This document shows, in pieces, positions 24,101-34,800 of a stretch of DNA of 64,000 nt (position 1 is its first letter; each line of letters starts with the position of its first letter). Position numbers and translations under genes: made by a program. Source of the DNA: Hormiphora californensis. Its lineage: Eukaryota > Animalia > Ctenophora. A model generated the notes under the pieces. It ran no database searches. It was not told where the DNA came from and saw only the letters and a list, made by a program, of their open reading frames with translations. The stretch covers positions 6,944,001 through 7,008,000 of the forward strand of contig CM035359.1 in NCBI GenBank assembly GCA_020137815.1. Reading direction: 5' to 3'.

Positions 24101-25670
24101 AAAAGTTGAAGTAACCATTTTGGGGCCTTCATTCCCTAAGTAAAGATAATTATGACCATAGTTGTATTCGTCTCACCAATGGATTGTGAGTCTTTCAATG
24201 TAAACTCAGTCTGTTTTGTCAATTCGTTTGGGACTTCTTCTGATACAGATGCAATTGTGATCACGATTGGTTACCTAGTATCTCAAATTTCAGCACAGTT
24301 CTAACTTTAACATCAGTTTGTTTTGTCAATCATCCTCGTTTGCCACTCTTCCGTTAACCCCCTCTGCACACGTATGGGAAAGGATTAACCACACTTCGTC
24401 ACCTTACTCGCGCTTATACCATCCCACCCCCCTCTCATAGGTGGACGTGCCACGTTAGAGAGCGAAGAGCGGAGAGATACACGTTCGGTAACCTATGAAG
24501 ATGCGCGCTTGTCATACACAACGCGCACCGCGCCCTACGTAAAGTAGTGTTTGGAGCAGGGAGAGGGAGAAGAAAGAAGTATAGTGATTAGTAAGACATG
24601 ATTAGTGAGTCGACCAATAGAAGCTATTCGATAGCTAACTAAATAAGCAGTTGAATGAGCTAGCCAAAGAAATTATTAATATCAAATCCTGATCATAGCA
24701 AAACCTAAAAGAGGCAACCAGTCGAGTCAAAACAGCCGCACGCCCGTACTTTGACTGTCCCAGATAGGCATAATGTATGCATAAAAGATTGTGAAGAGAA
24801 AGCATCAACATTTTCTAACCCCCGAGGGCCGAGCCACATAAAGTTTTCAAAACTTTTAAAATCACTAACCGACATACGATTCCCAATAAACAAGCCCCTA
24901 AGTTGCCAGGTTAGACTGTTTTAAATAAAAGAGTTTGTACAAAACAACCCCTAAGTAGAACACATTAAAAGTGAAAACACCCATGGTCTCCCCAACAACT
25001 TCCCCTAAACTTACCCGGGACACAGCAGCATCCCCAAACAACCTCTCATCATCCTTGATATAAACCACCATGGGGGTCTTCCTCTTTGTCTCCGTATTAA
25101 GTACAATGTCAATAGGTACACCGGGTTTCACGATTCCGATCTGAAATAATTAACATGTTTAAAATAAATAATATGTCTGAAATAAATAATTCGTCTGAAA
25201 TAAATAACATATGTGATAGTTTAATCATCCTATTTTTGGTATTACATGAGACCAGTAGTACTGGTCCAGTACATAACATAACATACTTTAATCTCTGAAC
25301 AGGTTAACAACCAATCAGAACTCGTTATTTAGGTCACATGACTGGTTATCAGCCAATCAGGGACCAGTATTCACTGGTTCGGTCGGTTCCTAGAATATAC
25401 TTTAATCTCTGAACAGGTTAACCAGCAGTTGATGATGCTGACAGTTGCTTGTAATCTTAATCTGTCTAGTGGCGCTGATCTGAACGCACTATCAAAACAG
25501 AACAAAACAGCGGTACAAACAGGAGAAACAAGACAAATTAAACAGGAGAAAACAGGAGAGATCACAATTACCTTCATAAACTCTGTCCCCAAATCAAGAG
25601 AAACGAGGGTGGCAGACTGGCCAAGTCCAACCAGGGCCATTGCCAATACCGTACATAACAACCCCGCCAT
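750..25670 (-). CDS. HYOU1: Hypoxia up-regulated protein 1 / GRP170 (ER Hsp70-family nucleotide exchange factor), multi-exon, 3' end beyond the left edge of the window
   Basis: Exons read on the minus strand: 25670-25572 signal peptide + SLDLGTEFMK; 25140-25015 IGIVKPGVPIDIVLNTETKRKTP; ~23060-22952 VTPPFFNQRER; ~22616-22509; ~22381-22260; ~21767-21682 YDRNLGGFEMDMRLRDYL; ~21483-21382 RAMSKLLKEAKKVKTVLSAN; ~21205-21113 VETLHEDTDF; ~20965-20840 VVLFGGGTRVPRIQE; ~20705-20618 INTDEAAAMGS; ~20545-20463; ~19410-19280 YPQKKAMTF; ~19147-19038 GIKAHL; ~15198-15104 acidic/Lys-rich; 14811-14705; 893-750 EESRNKLESFV. Exons expected between 25015 and 23060 were not resolved. Confidence 0.92.
1202..1297. 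repeat. (AG)n microsatellite; similar (AG)/(CT) tracts at ~6140, 26085-26200, 41985, 50608-50710, 50945, 60851-60938, 61398-61480, 62335, 62553-62640, 63372-63468
   Basis: Direct dinucleotide repeat. Confidence 0.97.
1475..5103 (+). CDS. DEG/ENaC/ASIC-family ion channel subunit, paralog 1 (12 exons), nested antisense in the HYOU1 intron
   Basis: Phase-consistent GT-AG exons: 1475-1539, 1690-1901 (TM1 ILWVVVCLGFFGTCIYLV), 2117-2274 (LPAITICSKNP), 2352-2480, 2544-2721 (GYCLRLN), 2831-2989 (KWGTC), 3077-3198 (CYQEW...CDC), 4006-4142, 4293-4406, 4500-4592 (WP), 4679-4754 (INIFYEDL...AYE), 4958-5103 (TM2 AEFGGGVDFFIGVSFFTAFQALE, stop TGA). This is the canonical two-TM layout with a Cys-rich ectodomain. 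Confidence 0.92.
3144..3674 (+). repeat. 59-bp tandem repeat, 9 copies, each copying the 3' end of ENaC-1 exon 7 plus its donor site
   Basis: Unit tgattgcacagtccgaatacgagtgtgattgtacaccgtggtactacaacatgag|gtaa starts at 3144, 3203, 3262 ... 3616. Confidence 0.97.
7609..8571. mobile_element. Tandem array of ~310-bp Helitron-like units (3 copies plus a diverged copy at ~6930-7140)
   Basis: Each unit starts catctccaaattataatagagactagcgcacccattgggtgcg (7609, ~7920, ~8239) and contains the hairpins gcgcacccattgggtgcgc and acccggcttcgccgggt. On the minus strand these end in CTAG|T, as at Helitron 3' ends. The class assignment is an inference. Confidence 0.55.
9108..14407 (+). CDS. DEG/ENaC/ASIC-family ion channel subunit, paralog 2 (~14 exons), nested antisense in the HYOU1 intron
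   Basis: Exons 9108-9212, 9928-10090 (TM1), 10191-10255 (ITICSKNPYNY), 11844-~11937, ~12064-12192, ~12287-12470, ~12581-12697, 12778-12819, 12906-13033, 13210-13295, ~13549-13649, 13870-13962, 14091-14167, 14265-14407 (TM2 SEFGGGVDFFIGLSFFTAFQAIE). Collinear with paralog 1 throughout. Confidence 0.92.
9210..9643 (+). repeat. 16-bp minisatellite (~27 copies) beginning at the ENaC-2 exon-1 donor
   Basis: Unit ga(g/t)gtaactgatctga. The first copy overlaps AG|GTAACT. Confidence 0.95.
10297..11514. mobile_element. Non-autonomous piggyBac-type element (~1.2 kb) in ENaC-2 intron 3
   Basis: TTAA at 10293-10296 and 11515-11518 flanks the TIRs CCCTTTGAGGACGATA / TATCGTCCTCAAAGGG. The internal motif gggtcatatatgaccctatcgtc recurs in both orientations. 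No transposase ORF. Confidence 0.88.
15232..15332. repeat. ~30-bp tandem repeat (acaacttggtaaccctggtaacaacttggtt), ~3 copies
   Basis: Direct repeat seen in sequence. Confidence 0.85.
15617..18912. repeat. 3.3-kb fold-back (inverted duplication) with an internal 30-bp satellite, in a HYOU1 intron
   Basis: The left arm 15617-~17410 (satellite cctacctcccatttactccatctctcagct from ~16120) is mirrored by ~17435-18912, e.g. gagagggtcggtgccgaatcaaatattt vs aaatatttgattcggcaccgaccctctc. The right arm degrades progressively with homopolymer errors. Confidence 0.85.
21935..22010 (+). mobile_element. Helitron-like 3' end (double hairpin + CTAG); related copy at ~40570-40650
   Basis: gccggcttcgccggc...gccgcgcttcgcgcggcc CTAG t, followed by gggtgaccgcgtcaccaaatt, which also occurs (gggtgactgcgtcaccaaatt) at ~40626. 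Confidence 0.5.
22038..22165. mobile_element. Short MITE-like inverted repeat
   Basis: ctaacacccttgttccatgggcagaatt ... aattctgcccatggaacaagggtgttag. Confidence 0.7.
22655..22763. mobile_element. hAT-type ~110-bp MITE (family copy 1)
   Basis: TIR cag(g/a)aaccgaccga...tcggtcggttcctg with 8-bp TSD ctaggaat on both sides. Partial copies at ~23290, 25307-25390, 34720-34807, 34998-35060, 41597-41690. Confidence 0.88.
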
Positions 25671-26081
25671 CGGATAGCCTAGCTATTTGTAGTGGGAGCT
25701 TCTGTAGTAGGAGCTGTTTTAGAGTAGTTCCTTCTTACTTCTAGCTACATATACAGGGAAGGGGTGCGATTAGTTGTGGTATATTACATATTCGGGAGAG
25801 AGGAGACACTTCCTGAATTTGTCAAGGTGATTGATTGACAAAGTTCATTGTTCAAGTGAATGGAAAAGGAGTAAATTTAACAACTGAAAAAGGCTATTCT
25901 CTGGAACAAGGCTGGGGTGGGTAGATAGAGGTAGCAATGACAATTTCTAAGCGTGTAAAAATAAAGGTCCAGAAAATACACGATACACAGTATAGGATGG
26001 GAAAATATACATCTAATCAACAATCTCTCTCATGCCATAATCCATAGTACATATTATCATAACATTGTTCATCATCGTTTA

Positions 26082-26184
<103 letters not shown>

Positions 26185-26207
26185 TCTCTCTCACTCTCTC
26201 TCACTTC

Positions 26208-27229
26208 TTAACCTCGGAGGTATCCAGGCAGTTTCATGCTCATGAACACCCTGCACAGCAAGAAACTGATAACAACCATGAAGAGCCCAAGGAAGAGCAT
26301 AATGAATCGGTTCAACTTGGGCAGACTGAGGAGAGAGAGTTTTAGTTGGCAGGCTGAGAGGAGGAGAGAGTTTTAGTTAGTTGCCAGGCTGAGGGGGACG
26401 AGAGTTTTAGTTAGTTGGCAGGCTGAGGGGACGAGAGTTTTAGTTGGCAGGCTGAGGGGAAGAGAGTTTTAGTTGGCAGACTGAGGGGGGGGAGTTTTAG
26501 TTAGTTGGTAGGCTGAGGTGGGGAGAGACAAACTTGTATGAAAATGTTACACACCGGGGCAGCTCAATACCCAAAGTACTTAGTAAATTTAACAGTACGT
26601 CACGCGTGACGTCACACCACTGTGTAATATAACATCACGGGGGCTACTCACTTTGCTCCGTTGGCTTTGTCCAGGACAACAAAACCCATGCTCCCCATCA
26701 CAAACATGAAGCTGCTAGCTAGACCCTCCATAATATACTGCCCATTGACTCTGTACGCCAGGAAGGCTACTGGCCGGGGGTTACCCCTCTCATCCATAAC
26801 CTGCGAGGGGGTACATGAGGTCAGAGGATCATGTGCAGTTGGAGAGGTTGTTAATACATGAGTTACAGTTCTAGATTTATAGAGCTATTGTTGATTGGAT
26901 CGTTACAATACAGAGCCCTCTATCAAACCCACACCTTGTCTGTTCGTCAGTCAATCACTTCAACAAGAATTTAGTAGTTGCAGTCGTCCATCAGTCGATA
27001 AAGTGTGTTTTATTGTGTCAATAAGTCAGGTTATATCTCCCCATACCTGTCCGATGCTTGGTGGTTCGATGATAATATCATAGATAACTCCCCCAAGGAC
27101 GAGGAAGTAACTGATCATGACGAGGCCAAAGACCATCATAGCAGAGGGTAGAGCGAGGAAGGAGGGCTTCTTCAGTCTCATTGGAGGAATTTCCAGGACT
27201 CGGAATGGCAGGCTCACTAGAGTTTCCAT
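26208..27229 (-). CDS. OSTC: Oligosaccharyltransferase subunit OSTC/DC2 (3 exons)
   Basis: Exons 27229-27047 ([22 protein letters not shown]), 26800-26652 ([25 protein letters not shown]), 26325-26208 (MKLPGYLRG*), all phase-consistent. Confidence 0.96.
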
Positions 27230-27530
27230 TGTGCTATAATGGAAGATTGGGTTAAATTAGCATTTGTGCAGTAGCTCATACACAGTCTGTAGGGGTTCGA
27301 TAGATTAAACTAGCATTAGATCTAGTGACAAATAAAATGGAAATGGGTATCCATAAAAGGAAGAAAAGGCCGTTTTTATAAAAAAAAACTTTGAAAACGA
27401 ACGTAAAAGATTTTTACACACGGTGCAAAATATGTAGCTAAAAACATAAATTATAGTTCACTGTATACAATCATATCCGTTGCATACTGCAGTCCAGGAA
27501 TATTGAAACCTCAGTTTCAAATTCATTATC

Positions 27531-28533
27531 TCAAGCTTTAAAAGCACTCTCAACATTTCTAAAGTACTGCGGTCCATGGCCTTTCGTGATCAAATGTGCT
27601 CTCTCGATCGCCTCGACCACACCATCGGGCAAGGCTCCTCCCTTGAGCACCTCTAAATTATACTTTAAATGCTCGGGTGTACTGGCTCCAATCACCAACC
27701 CATCACCCAATTTATTATCCAATTTGGAGTGATGTGTAACCCACCTCAATGCCGCTCCAATCATACAAACACCCTCCTTCTCGCAGGCAGCTCTGATGAT
27801 ATCCAGGGCATCAAAGTAGCTCGCCCTCCAGAACCTCTCCCTGTACTTCTGCCCCCAGGAGAGACCGTTAAATCTCCCCTCCTCGGTCTATCTCCTGAGG
27901 TTTATCAACCCGGGAGTGCTTGCCCGTGAGAAGGCCCCCTGCCAAGGGATTGTAACAGTAGAAGCCCATGTTGTATTTCCGGAGACATGGAAACAACTCG
28001 TTCTCCACCATCCTTGTTAGGCAGTTGTACATTCCTTGGTAGAGGGTGGGTGTGACGAAACCGTTAGCCAGACAAATCTCCTGGACTTGGGCAACTTGCC
28101 AGGACACAAAGTTGGACAGACCGAATCGTTTGAACTTGCCCTCTTTGAAGAGTCGATCAACTTCTGCCAGGGTTTCTTGTAGGGGGACCTCCATACATGG
28201 CCAGTGCAGGTACAAAATATCAACTGACTCTGCATCGAGTTTCTTTAGAGAACACTCAAACTGATGTCGGACACTTTTAGCTGACAAGGTTTTCCCATCA
28301 CCTGGATTCACTTTAGTAGCCGTGTTTTCCGCTTTGACAGCTCCAATCTTCCCCATAAACTCCTCAGTTAGACCCCCATTTTCACCTCCAGAACTACCAC
28401 CGGCATACATGAACGCTGTATCCAGTTCGGTGAAATCAGAGTCGAGGAAAATGTCGATGAATTCTTTGCTCTGTGCCATGTCCATTCTCCGACCAATTTC
28501 CATGGTGCCAAGTGAGATTGTGGTCACCGGCAT
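27531..28533 (-). CDS. AKR7A: Aflatoxin B1 aldehyde reductase-like aldo-keto reductase (AKR7 family), intronless, with one apparent +1 frameshift at ~27885
   Basis: LGTMEIG, LDTAFMY, ATKVNP, VDILYLHWP, FGLSNF, YQGMYN, YNPLAGGLLTGK. The reading continues in another frame with GRFNGLSWGQKYRERFW...AALRW.HHSKL...IGAST. Confidence 0.88.
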
Positions 28534-28601
28534 GGCTCTTAACAAACCCTAAACGCTAAATAGATACAATCTTTAAGTCTTTAGTCTCACCATTAGGCAA
28601 G

Positions 28602-28781
28602 TATGGAGGCGAGACACTGTGTTGAGACGCGCACCATTGCGACGCGCATTGCGACGCGCATTTTGGCTTTGCGACGCGCATTTAAGCATTGCGACGCGCA
28701 TGTGCGTGTCGCAAAGCCAAAATGCGCGTCGCAATGCGCGTCGCAATGGTGCGCGTCTCAACACAGTGTCTCGCCTCCATA
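28602..28781. mobile_element. ~180-bp near-perfect palindromic MITE just upstream of AKR7
   Basis: tatggaggcgagacactgtgttgagacgcgc...gcgcgtctcaacacagtgtctcgcctccata, with internal ttgcgacgcgca repeats. Confidence 0.85.
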
Positions 28782-28893
28782 GATTACAAATAATGACAAG
28801 CACAATAAGTCTACTGTCTAGGACTCGGGTGATGGCAGATGGGCTAAAAATCGTTGGTTACTTTGCAGATGAACAAAGTTTTTTTCCTCAATA

Positions 28894-29056
28894 CAGTCGG
28901 ACCCCGATTTAGGGACACCCTCGGGGGAAAGGTTCTTGTCCACTAAATCGGGGTGTCCACTGTCCACTAAATCGGGGTCAAATAAGGTTAATTTCCTATA
29001 TCGGGGGAAAAAATCCTGTCCCTAAATCGGGGTGCCACTAAATCGGGGTCCGACTG
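28894..29056. mobile_element. Tc1/mariner-pogo-type MITE (TA-CAGTCGGACCCCGATTT...AAATCGGGGTCCGACTG-TA); relatives at ~3744-3811, ~13095-13190, ~10262-10292, ~22835
   Basis: TA dinucleotides flank the terminal inverted repeats. Confidence 0.8.
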
Positions 29057-30143
29057 TAGCAAGAATAGCTTCCACCTTAGAGTAAATAAAAGTGTTCGTA
29101 CTTCGTGTCCTATTTCAATCATTAACTTTGTCAACTGCCACCAAATCGTTCAAATTTCAAAAATTCGTCGATATTTTAATTTCTGGAAATTTTGAAAAAG
29201 TTAGCTTGAGCTGGCCACGTGCGCGGCGCAGCACAGTAATTTTAGCGCTGCCAAAAATGCAGCGCGCCCATTGGGTCCCAGCTTGATTTTCGGAGTGCAA
29301 CCAAATTTTTCATTTTCACAAAAACTTTTGGAAGGAAAGCGTTAAAATCTTTAATCTGGGTGTTTCGTGAGTGCTGACAAACGGTTTTTTAAGGTTAGGG
29401 CTAAAGTAGGGTTAGGGCTAGGGTTGGGGTTGGGGTTAGGCCTTGACATTTCCTTGCCAAAACGGTTGAGTGGTTCGGCGGTTAGAGCCGTTTTAGTGGC
29501 TGTGCGCACCTGTAAAGTGTAAACAGGCCACCGAACACCCAGATCGTAACGGCCCCCACAATTTTCGGGTGTTTTGAGGGGCTCGTTACGTTACGTGACC
29601 AAAATTCCATCCGGTCTTACCCAAAATTCGGACGAGTTTGGGAATTGGGCCTGAGCTGAGCTGAGGTGCAGATTGGGCATTGGCATCCTAGCAGACATCT
29701 ACACAAAGTCTGGAGGTCCAACTCCGAAATTTCAAAACCATCTTAAGGGCAATTTTTGCCATTTTTGGCGTTTTTCAATTAGCGAACCAAAAGTTTTCCA
29801 GACTTAATCTAAGCGGTATTTGTACCTCCATTACCATATTTTAGCATGGGAAAAGTTCTTCCTAACCTCTAAATTTGAAGTCTCGACTTAAAAGTTTTTG
29901 GCTACAAAATTGGAAACTGATGTTGTTTTTTAACAGTAGTGACACTACGTGCAGCACCTAATTTCGATGCACTTCGCAAAGAAATTCGGTCACGTGATCG
30001 TAGATGTTGCACGCAGCATGGTTCCCCAGGAGTGTCCCAGCTGGAAACTGTTGTCGGTTTCCAAACTGATGTCAGTTTCCAATTTGTAACTGGAGCGTAA
30101 TACTAATGTCTCCCCCAGAGGTCTGATTGTAGCGATATGGACG

Positions 30144-30956
30144 ATGGAAGATGTCAATAAGCAAACTGAACGCATTGTCAAGGCCCTCTGCAGTGAAATA
30201 AAGCGACACAATGAAGAAGTTAGCCGGGGTAGATCGCCAAGTTTCGCCCATGCTGTCCTCGACCGACGACGTAGCGCTCGTAGATCCTTCCCTGGGGGTC
30301 GTGAGAGATCAATATCACATGGATCTGACCTTGAAACTTCACTCGATTCCATTCTAAACTTTGACTCCTCTATCGAGTTTTTAGAACCAGAACCCGACTC
30401 TCTAGAGGAGGGGGATGTTGAAGAAGAGGAGGAAGCAATCCAGGCCATCATTGAGGCGATCCACAAGATGGCAAAAAAGATTGACAATGACCCAAATATG
30501 ACGAGAATCATGTTAAAAACAATACCAGAGGGAACTAGCTTGACAGCACATCGTTTCAATCAACTTGTTATGAAAATTCTGGACGAAATTAGCCCTGGGA
30601 TATTTGCTGATACGTGGAGTAACACCATCTTTCTTCTTATTGTCGCCTTTAAAATGTCCCAGATAAAGCGATACCCAGTTGATATCTTCAAAAGATACGT
30701 GTATGATAAGATTGTTCCGTGGGTCACCACCCAGCCACTCGGTTGGATCAGTGCCCGGGATGATGAAAAGGTGGGGAAGGTTGTTCAGAGTATAGAGAGG
30801 GCCAGCATTAGGGGCCCCACAGAGCCCCTCCCACCCAGTATACCAATTAGAACTGGTTCTGCCGGGGGGAGTGGAGCAGGGGATATGGCCGGCTCACCTA
30901 GCTCACTACTCAACTGGTTTTCACTTCCCAGATCTCTCAGCACAAGTAGCGGGTAG
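30144..30956 (+). CDS. Intronless 270-aa protein with a Bcl-2-fold-like motif order (BCL2L15/Bfk-like), no C-terminal TM anchor
   Basis: N-terminal helix KQTERIVKALC, acidic loop, BH3-like IIEAIHKMAKKID, FNQLVMKIL + BH1-like DTWSNTIFLL, BH2-like YVYDKIVPWVTTQPLGW. Recognised by eye only. Confidence 0.6.
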   Translation: MEDVNKQTERIVKALCSEIKRHNEEVSRGRSPSFAHAVLDRRRSARRSFPGGRERSISHGSDLETSLDSILNFDSSIEFLEPEPDSLEEGDVEEEEEAIQAIIEAIHKMAKKIDNDPNMTRIMLKTIPEGTSLTAHRFNQLVMKILDEISPGIFADTWSNTIFLLIVAFKMSQIKRYPVDIFKRYVYDKIVPWVTTQPLGWISARDDEKVGKVVQSIERASIRGPTEPLPPSIPIRTGSAGGSGAGDMAGSPSSLLNWFSLPRSLSTSSG

Positions 30957-31814
30957 AATTCAAGTGGTCCTACATTTTCAATGAAAATCAAGGGATCGCG
31001 ATGTTAATCAGATTTGATGACCCTGACAGACCCTCTAGCTCTGAGAACTTGCGTGATGAAAATGAGTAAAAACCTATATAATATAAGGTGACGGTATTTA
31101 ATTTATATGTGTGCAATCCGCTACATTGCTATAAAACACAGAAGTGTGTATGCTATATTAGCCCGCTATGTATTACCCGATTTACAATGTGTGTGTTTGT
31201 TATTAGTGTGTGAGGGTTATAACTTTTTTATGAGAGGACTTGGATTGTTTTCAGAAATGGGTTTCATGTTTCTATCTAGTTGACGTATCTGGGTTGGTTT
31301 GTACTAATTATTTACCAATTATCAGCCGTTTTTCCTGCATTATCGCAGCAGAGACACCCTTCAAAAAGTGCTATTATATAATAATCTATTAATTTATATT
31401 TAGTTTCGTATATTCAAAATTTAAAATCACAAGCATCAGAAATATATTAGTATCCCTACTTTCTTGTTGGTATAGTTGAGTGTTTATAATCATGTATTTC
31501 CAATTATTTTCGAATTTGTACTCATCGCAATATATGCATTCACTTAACCTTTATATCAACTCTAATATAACCAGTTTGCAATCATGTTATCTCTTGGAAA
31601 TCAATTAAATATTGACACGCCCTAATAACTAATTAAAAGTCAAGTTAAAACTAAAAGCTGTTATTATAAATTGCTGTTTCACAAAATGAAGGAAAAAGCT
31701 GAGTTTAAATATAATCCACTTTACTCCCAATTAACCCCCATCCCAGTTACCTCCTGACCTTTCTCACCAAATTTCTAACCATATCTCCCTTTCTTTTAGC
31801 CCTCATGGCTCCAA

Positions 31815-34800
31815 ATGGATAAACAGTTCCGTGAGCTATCCGTATCATTACGAAAACATGCAGATAAGATTGTCTCGGGACGGGCGAAGCTCACCCTTCG
31901 TCTCAACCAGTACCTCCAGATCTGCTCCTTTATAAAACAAAATATCTCGGGGGACAATGAGTACATCGCCATACAAACTCGGGAAACAAATCTTTGTTTT
32001 GTTGTTGACTTCCTCCAGAAAGCCCAAGCTCTGAAACTCCTGGGTGAGGATATTTGTGAGTTGATATCATTCAAGTACTGCCCCTCTCTTCATTATCTGG
32101 AGCTGTATAATGTCCCTGTGGAGATCGTGGTGGATGTAGATCAACTAAAACGATCCCTTCGGACCGTGATCCTCAACCGATCTTGTTCAGATGTCACCTC
32201 ATTCCTGGAATCAGATACACCCAACATCAAATGGAAGTTGACCCACGCTAGTTTCTGCCTCAACAACATCACCACATTTCGAGAACCCCTTTCTGCGTCT
32301 GCTCCTTTCCTAAAACACCTCGATTTGTCCCACAATCACATTAGAGATGTCGGTGATGCTCTCACAAATCTTCCTTATCTACAGACATTGAAGATATCTT
32401 TCAATAAGTTGGAAGATATACCCAAGGTGAACTCACCCAATTTCAAGTCCCTCGTTGCACGGAACAACAATATCAAGATGCTGGATGGGTTTTACGATGT
32501 GCTCTGTGTCGAGGAGATAGATCTCCGGGGAAACTGTCTCGAGTACCTACAGCAACTCTCCCCACTCTCTCATTTTACGGGCCTGAAAAAGCTGAGACTC
32601 TCTGAGAATCCAATAATTTTCAACCCTAACTACAGGAGAGGAGTCCTCCGTGAGCTGAGTCCCATGATAAACGGAGATAGATTTACATTGGATGACAGAC
32701 ATGTTGATTTGGTTGAATTTGAATATCTTATCATGAACTCGACGGCCCAGGAAGCACAGCAATTAAAACTTGGTAAAACAACAAGTACCCCTTCCCCCGC
32801 TACCTATCATCCTCCTCCTCCTGAATCCCCCAACAGACGCCTCTCCCGTGGGGGGAGCGAGTCACAGTATAGTACTGCTAGCTCCTACACTAGTCCGAGG
32901 AAAGTTATACGGATAAAGAGTATTCCGAATGGAGATGAGGGGGAGGAAGGGGAGGACAATGAGTCAGTGAGTTCCGTGGGAACAAAAAGTTCGGAAACAG
33001 AGGTTGCTTCATCGATGGTAGAAAAGTTTGGGGATACCTGGTTGTCACACTTTATGAGTAAAGAGACTGGTTCCCTGGTCCTGACACCAGACCTGGCATC
33101 GCTAACACAACATCTAGTGGAGCCCGAGGAGGAAGAGGAGGAGGAGGAGGTTGTGGTTGAAAAGAATGAAGTGTTTGAAAAGGAGGTGGAAGAGGAAGAC
33201 GTGGCTGAGAAACCAGAATCAACCAATCCATTCGGAGAAGATATTGAAGCCCCTCAGACCCTTCTAGCATCCAGCCAGCCAGAGGAATCTGGAGACACCT
33301 CTATCTTCTCGTCGCCCTATGACCACCATTCAGAGGATGAGTCTCCAGAGCCTAAAGTCACTATCCTGACAGGATCCCAGCATCACGCCCTCCTAGATGA
33401 TCAGGACGTGTTCCTGCTGATACACGACACCACACTGACCGAACAGGACAGTATTGGACAGGTTCTACATACACTAGACATATCCTGTTTAGACAACTTC
33501 ACTGATGATAGAAGTGTTTACAAGGCGGAGCTACAGTTCAAAAATTGTCCAGCTGACAAAAGACACCGGATATATTTCTTCCCCTCTTCTGAGGATCTCA
33601 ACGACTTTCTAAGAGAGCTGCAGAGGGTTTGGTTTAGTGTCAGAGACCAGGTCCAGGGTGTAGTGGAGGTTCAGTGTCTCAACTGTAAAGCTGTATTCCC
33701 CGAAACAGATATTTGTCCAGAATGTCGGAATGAGTTTCTCACGCCCTACATTCACTCCGCAAACAACCCAGCCACGCCCACACCCTCCAACCCTCCCTCT
33801 GTGGTTTCCAGGCCTGTCTCGGAGGACGACAGGAGTGTCTACACCACACGGACACTTGAGATATCAGAGTTTGGTGGCAGCGCTGTGAACTCCCCACCCC
33901 GGCATCAGGAGCAAACTAACTTCGTTAATGCAGACTTCAAATTGGACTTATTTTTTGAAGTTGAGCTTTTTGGTAGAAAAAAGGAGGTTCTCTGTTGCTT
34001 TATGTATGCCCAGTACAGTAAGTACGGTGAGAAGAGGATCAGGGATTGTCTTGTTGTTGTTTCAAACTACATGATATACATTTGTAAGACAGGAGGTGAG
34101 AAACCTAAACTAAGATCCCGACATAACCTATCCCAGCTCCGGCACCTGGACATTGGACTGAACTACCAGCACTTTCGACTGGAGTGGGAGAGCAGTGATG
34201 CAGCATACAAGATACTTGTAGCAGATGGAGAGAAATGTCAGAACTTCCTAGAGACACTAACACTAGCTCTGTCATCTGATACAAGTGTTAGTCAAGTGTC
34301 TACTAGTACTGTATCGGCTATCAATGAACTCGTGTTTGGAATAGACAAGACGTTTGAATTAGTGGGGAAGGGAAAGTTGTATCGGTCTATGATGTTAGAA
34401 ACTGAGGAAACATGGGGTATTAGGGACAGGACACTACAGATGTTCAGAACCTATGAAAAGTGAGTCAGCTTATAACTTGAGATAGCTTTAGAAACATTGC
34501 GTGTGATTGTAAGCTGTTACTACAAGTTTACACCCGTTTCACCATCTCTCAGGTGTTTTCTGGGATCTGATCTGGTGGATCTCCTGATGAGAGAGGGGGA
34601 TTTCAACAGTAGAGCTGAGGCAGTTGAGTGGTGTCAACAGATGTTGGTTGTTGATGTTCTCCATCATGTCCGGCTAGAGGAACAATTCCTTGACGATGGA
34701 ACACTCTACAGGTACATTAGGAATACTAGTCCCTGATTGGCTGATAACCAGTCACGTGACCTAAATAACGAGTTCTGATTGGTTGGTTACTTGTTTCGGT

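Noticed and set aside
29393-29440. Telomere-like TTAGGG repeats
   Set aside because: Only a few degenerate copies inside an interspersed repeat, not a telomere.
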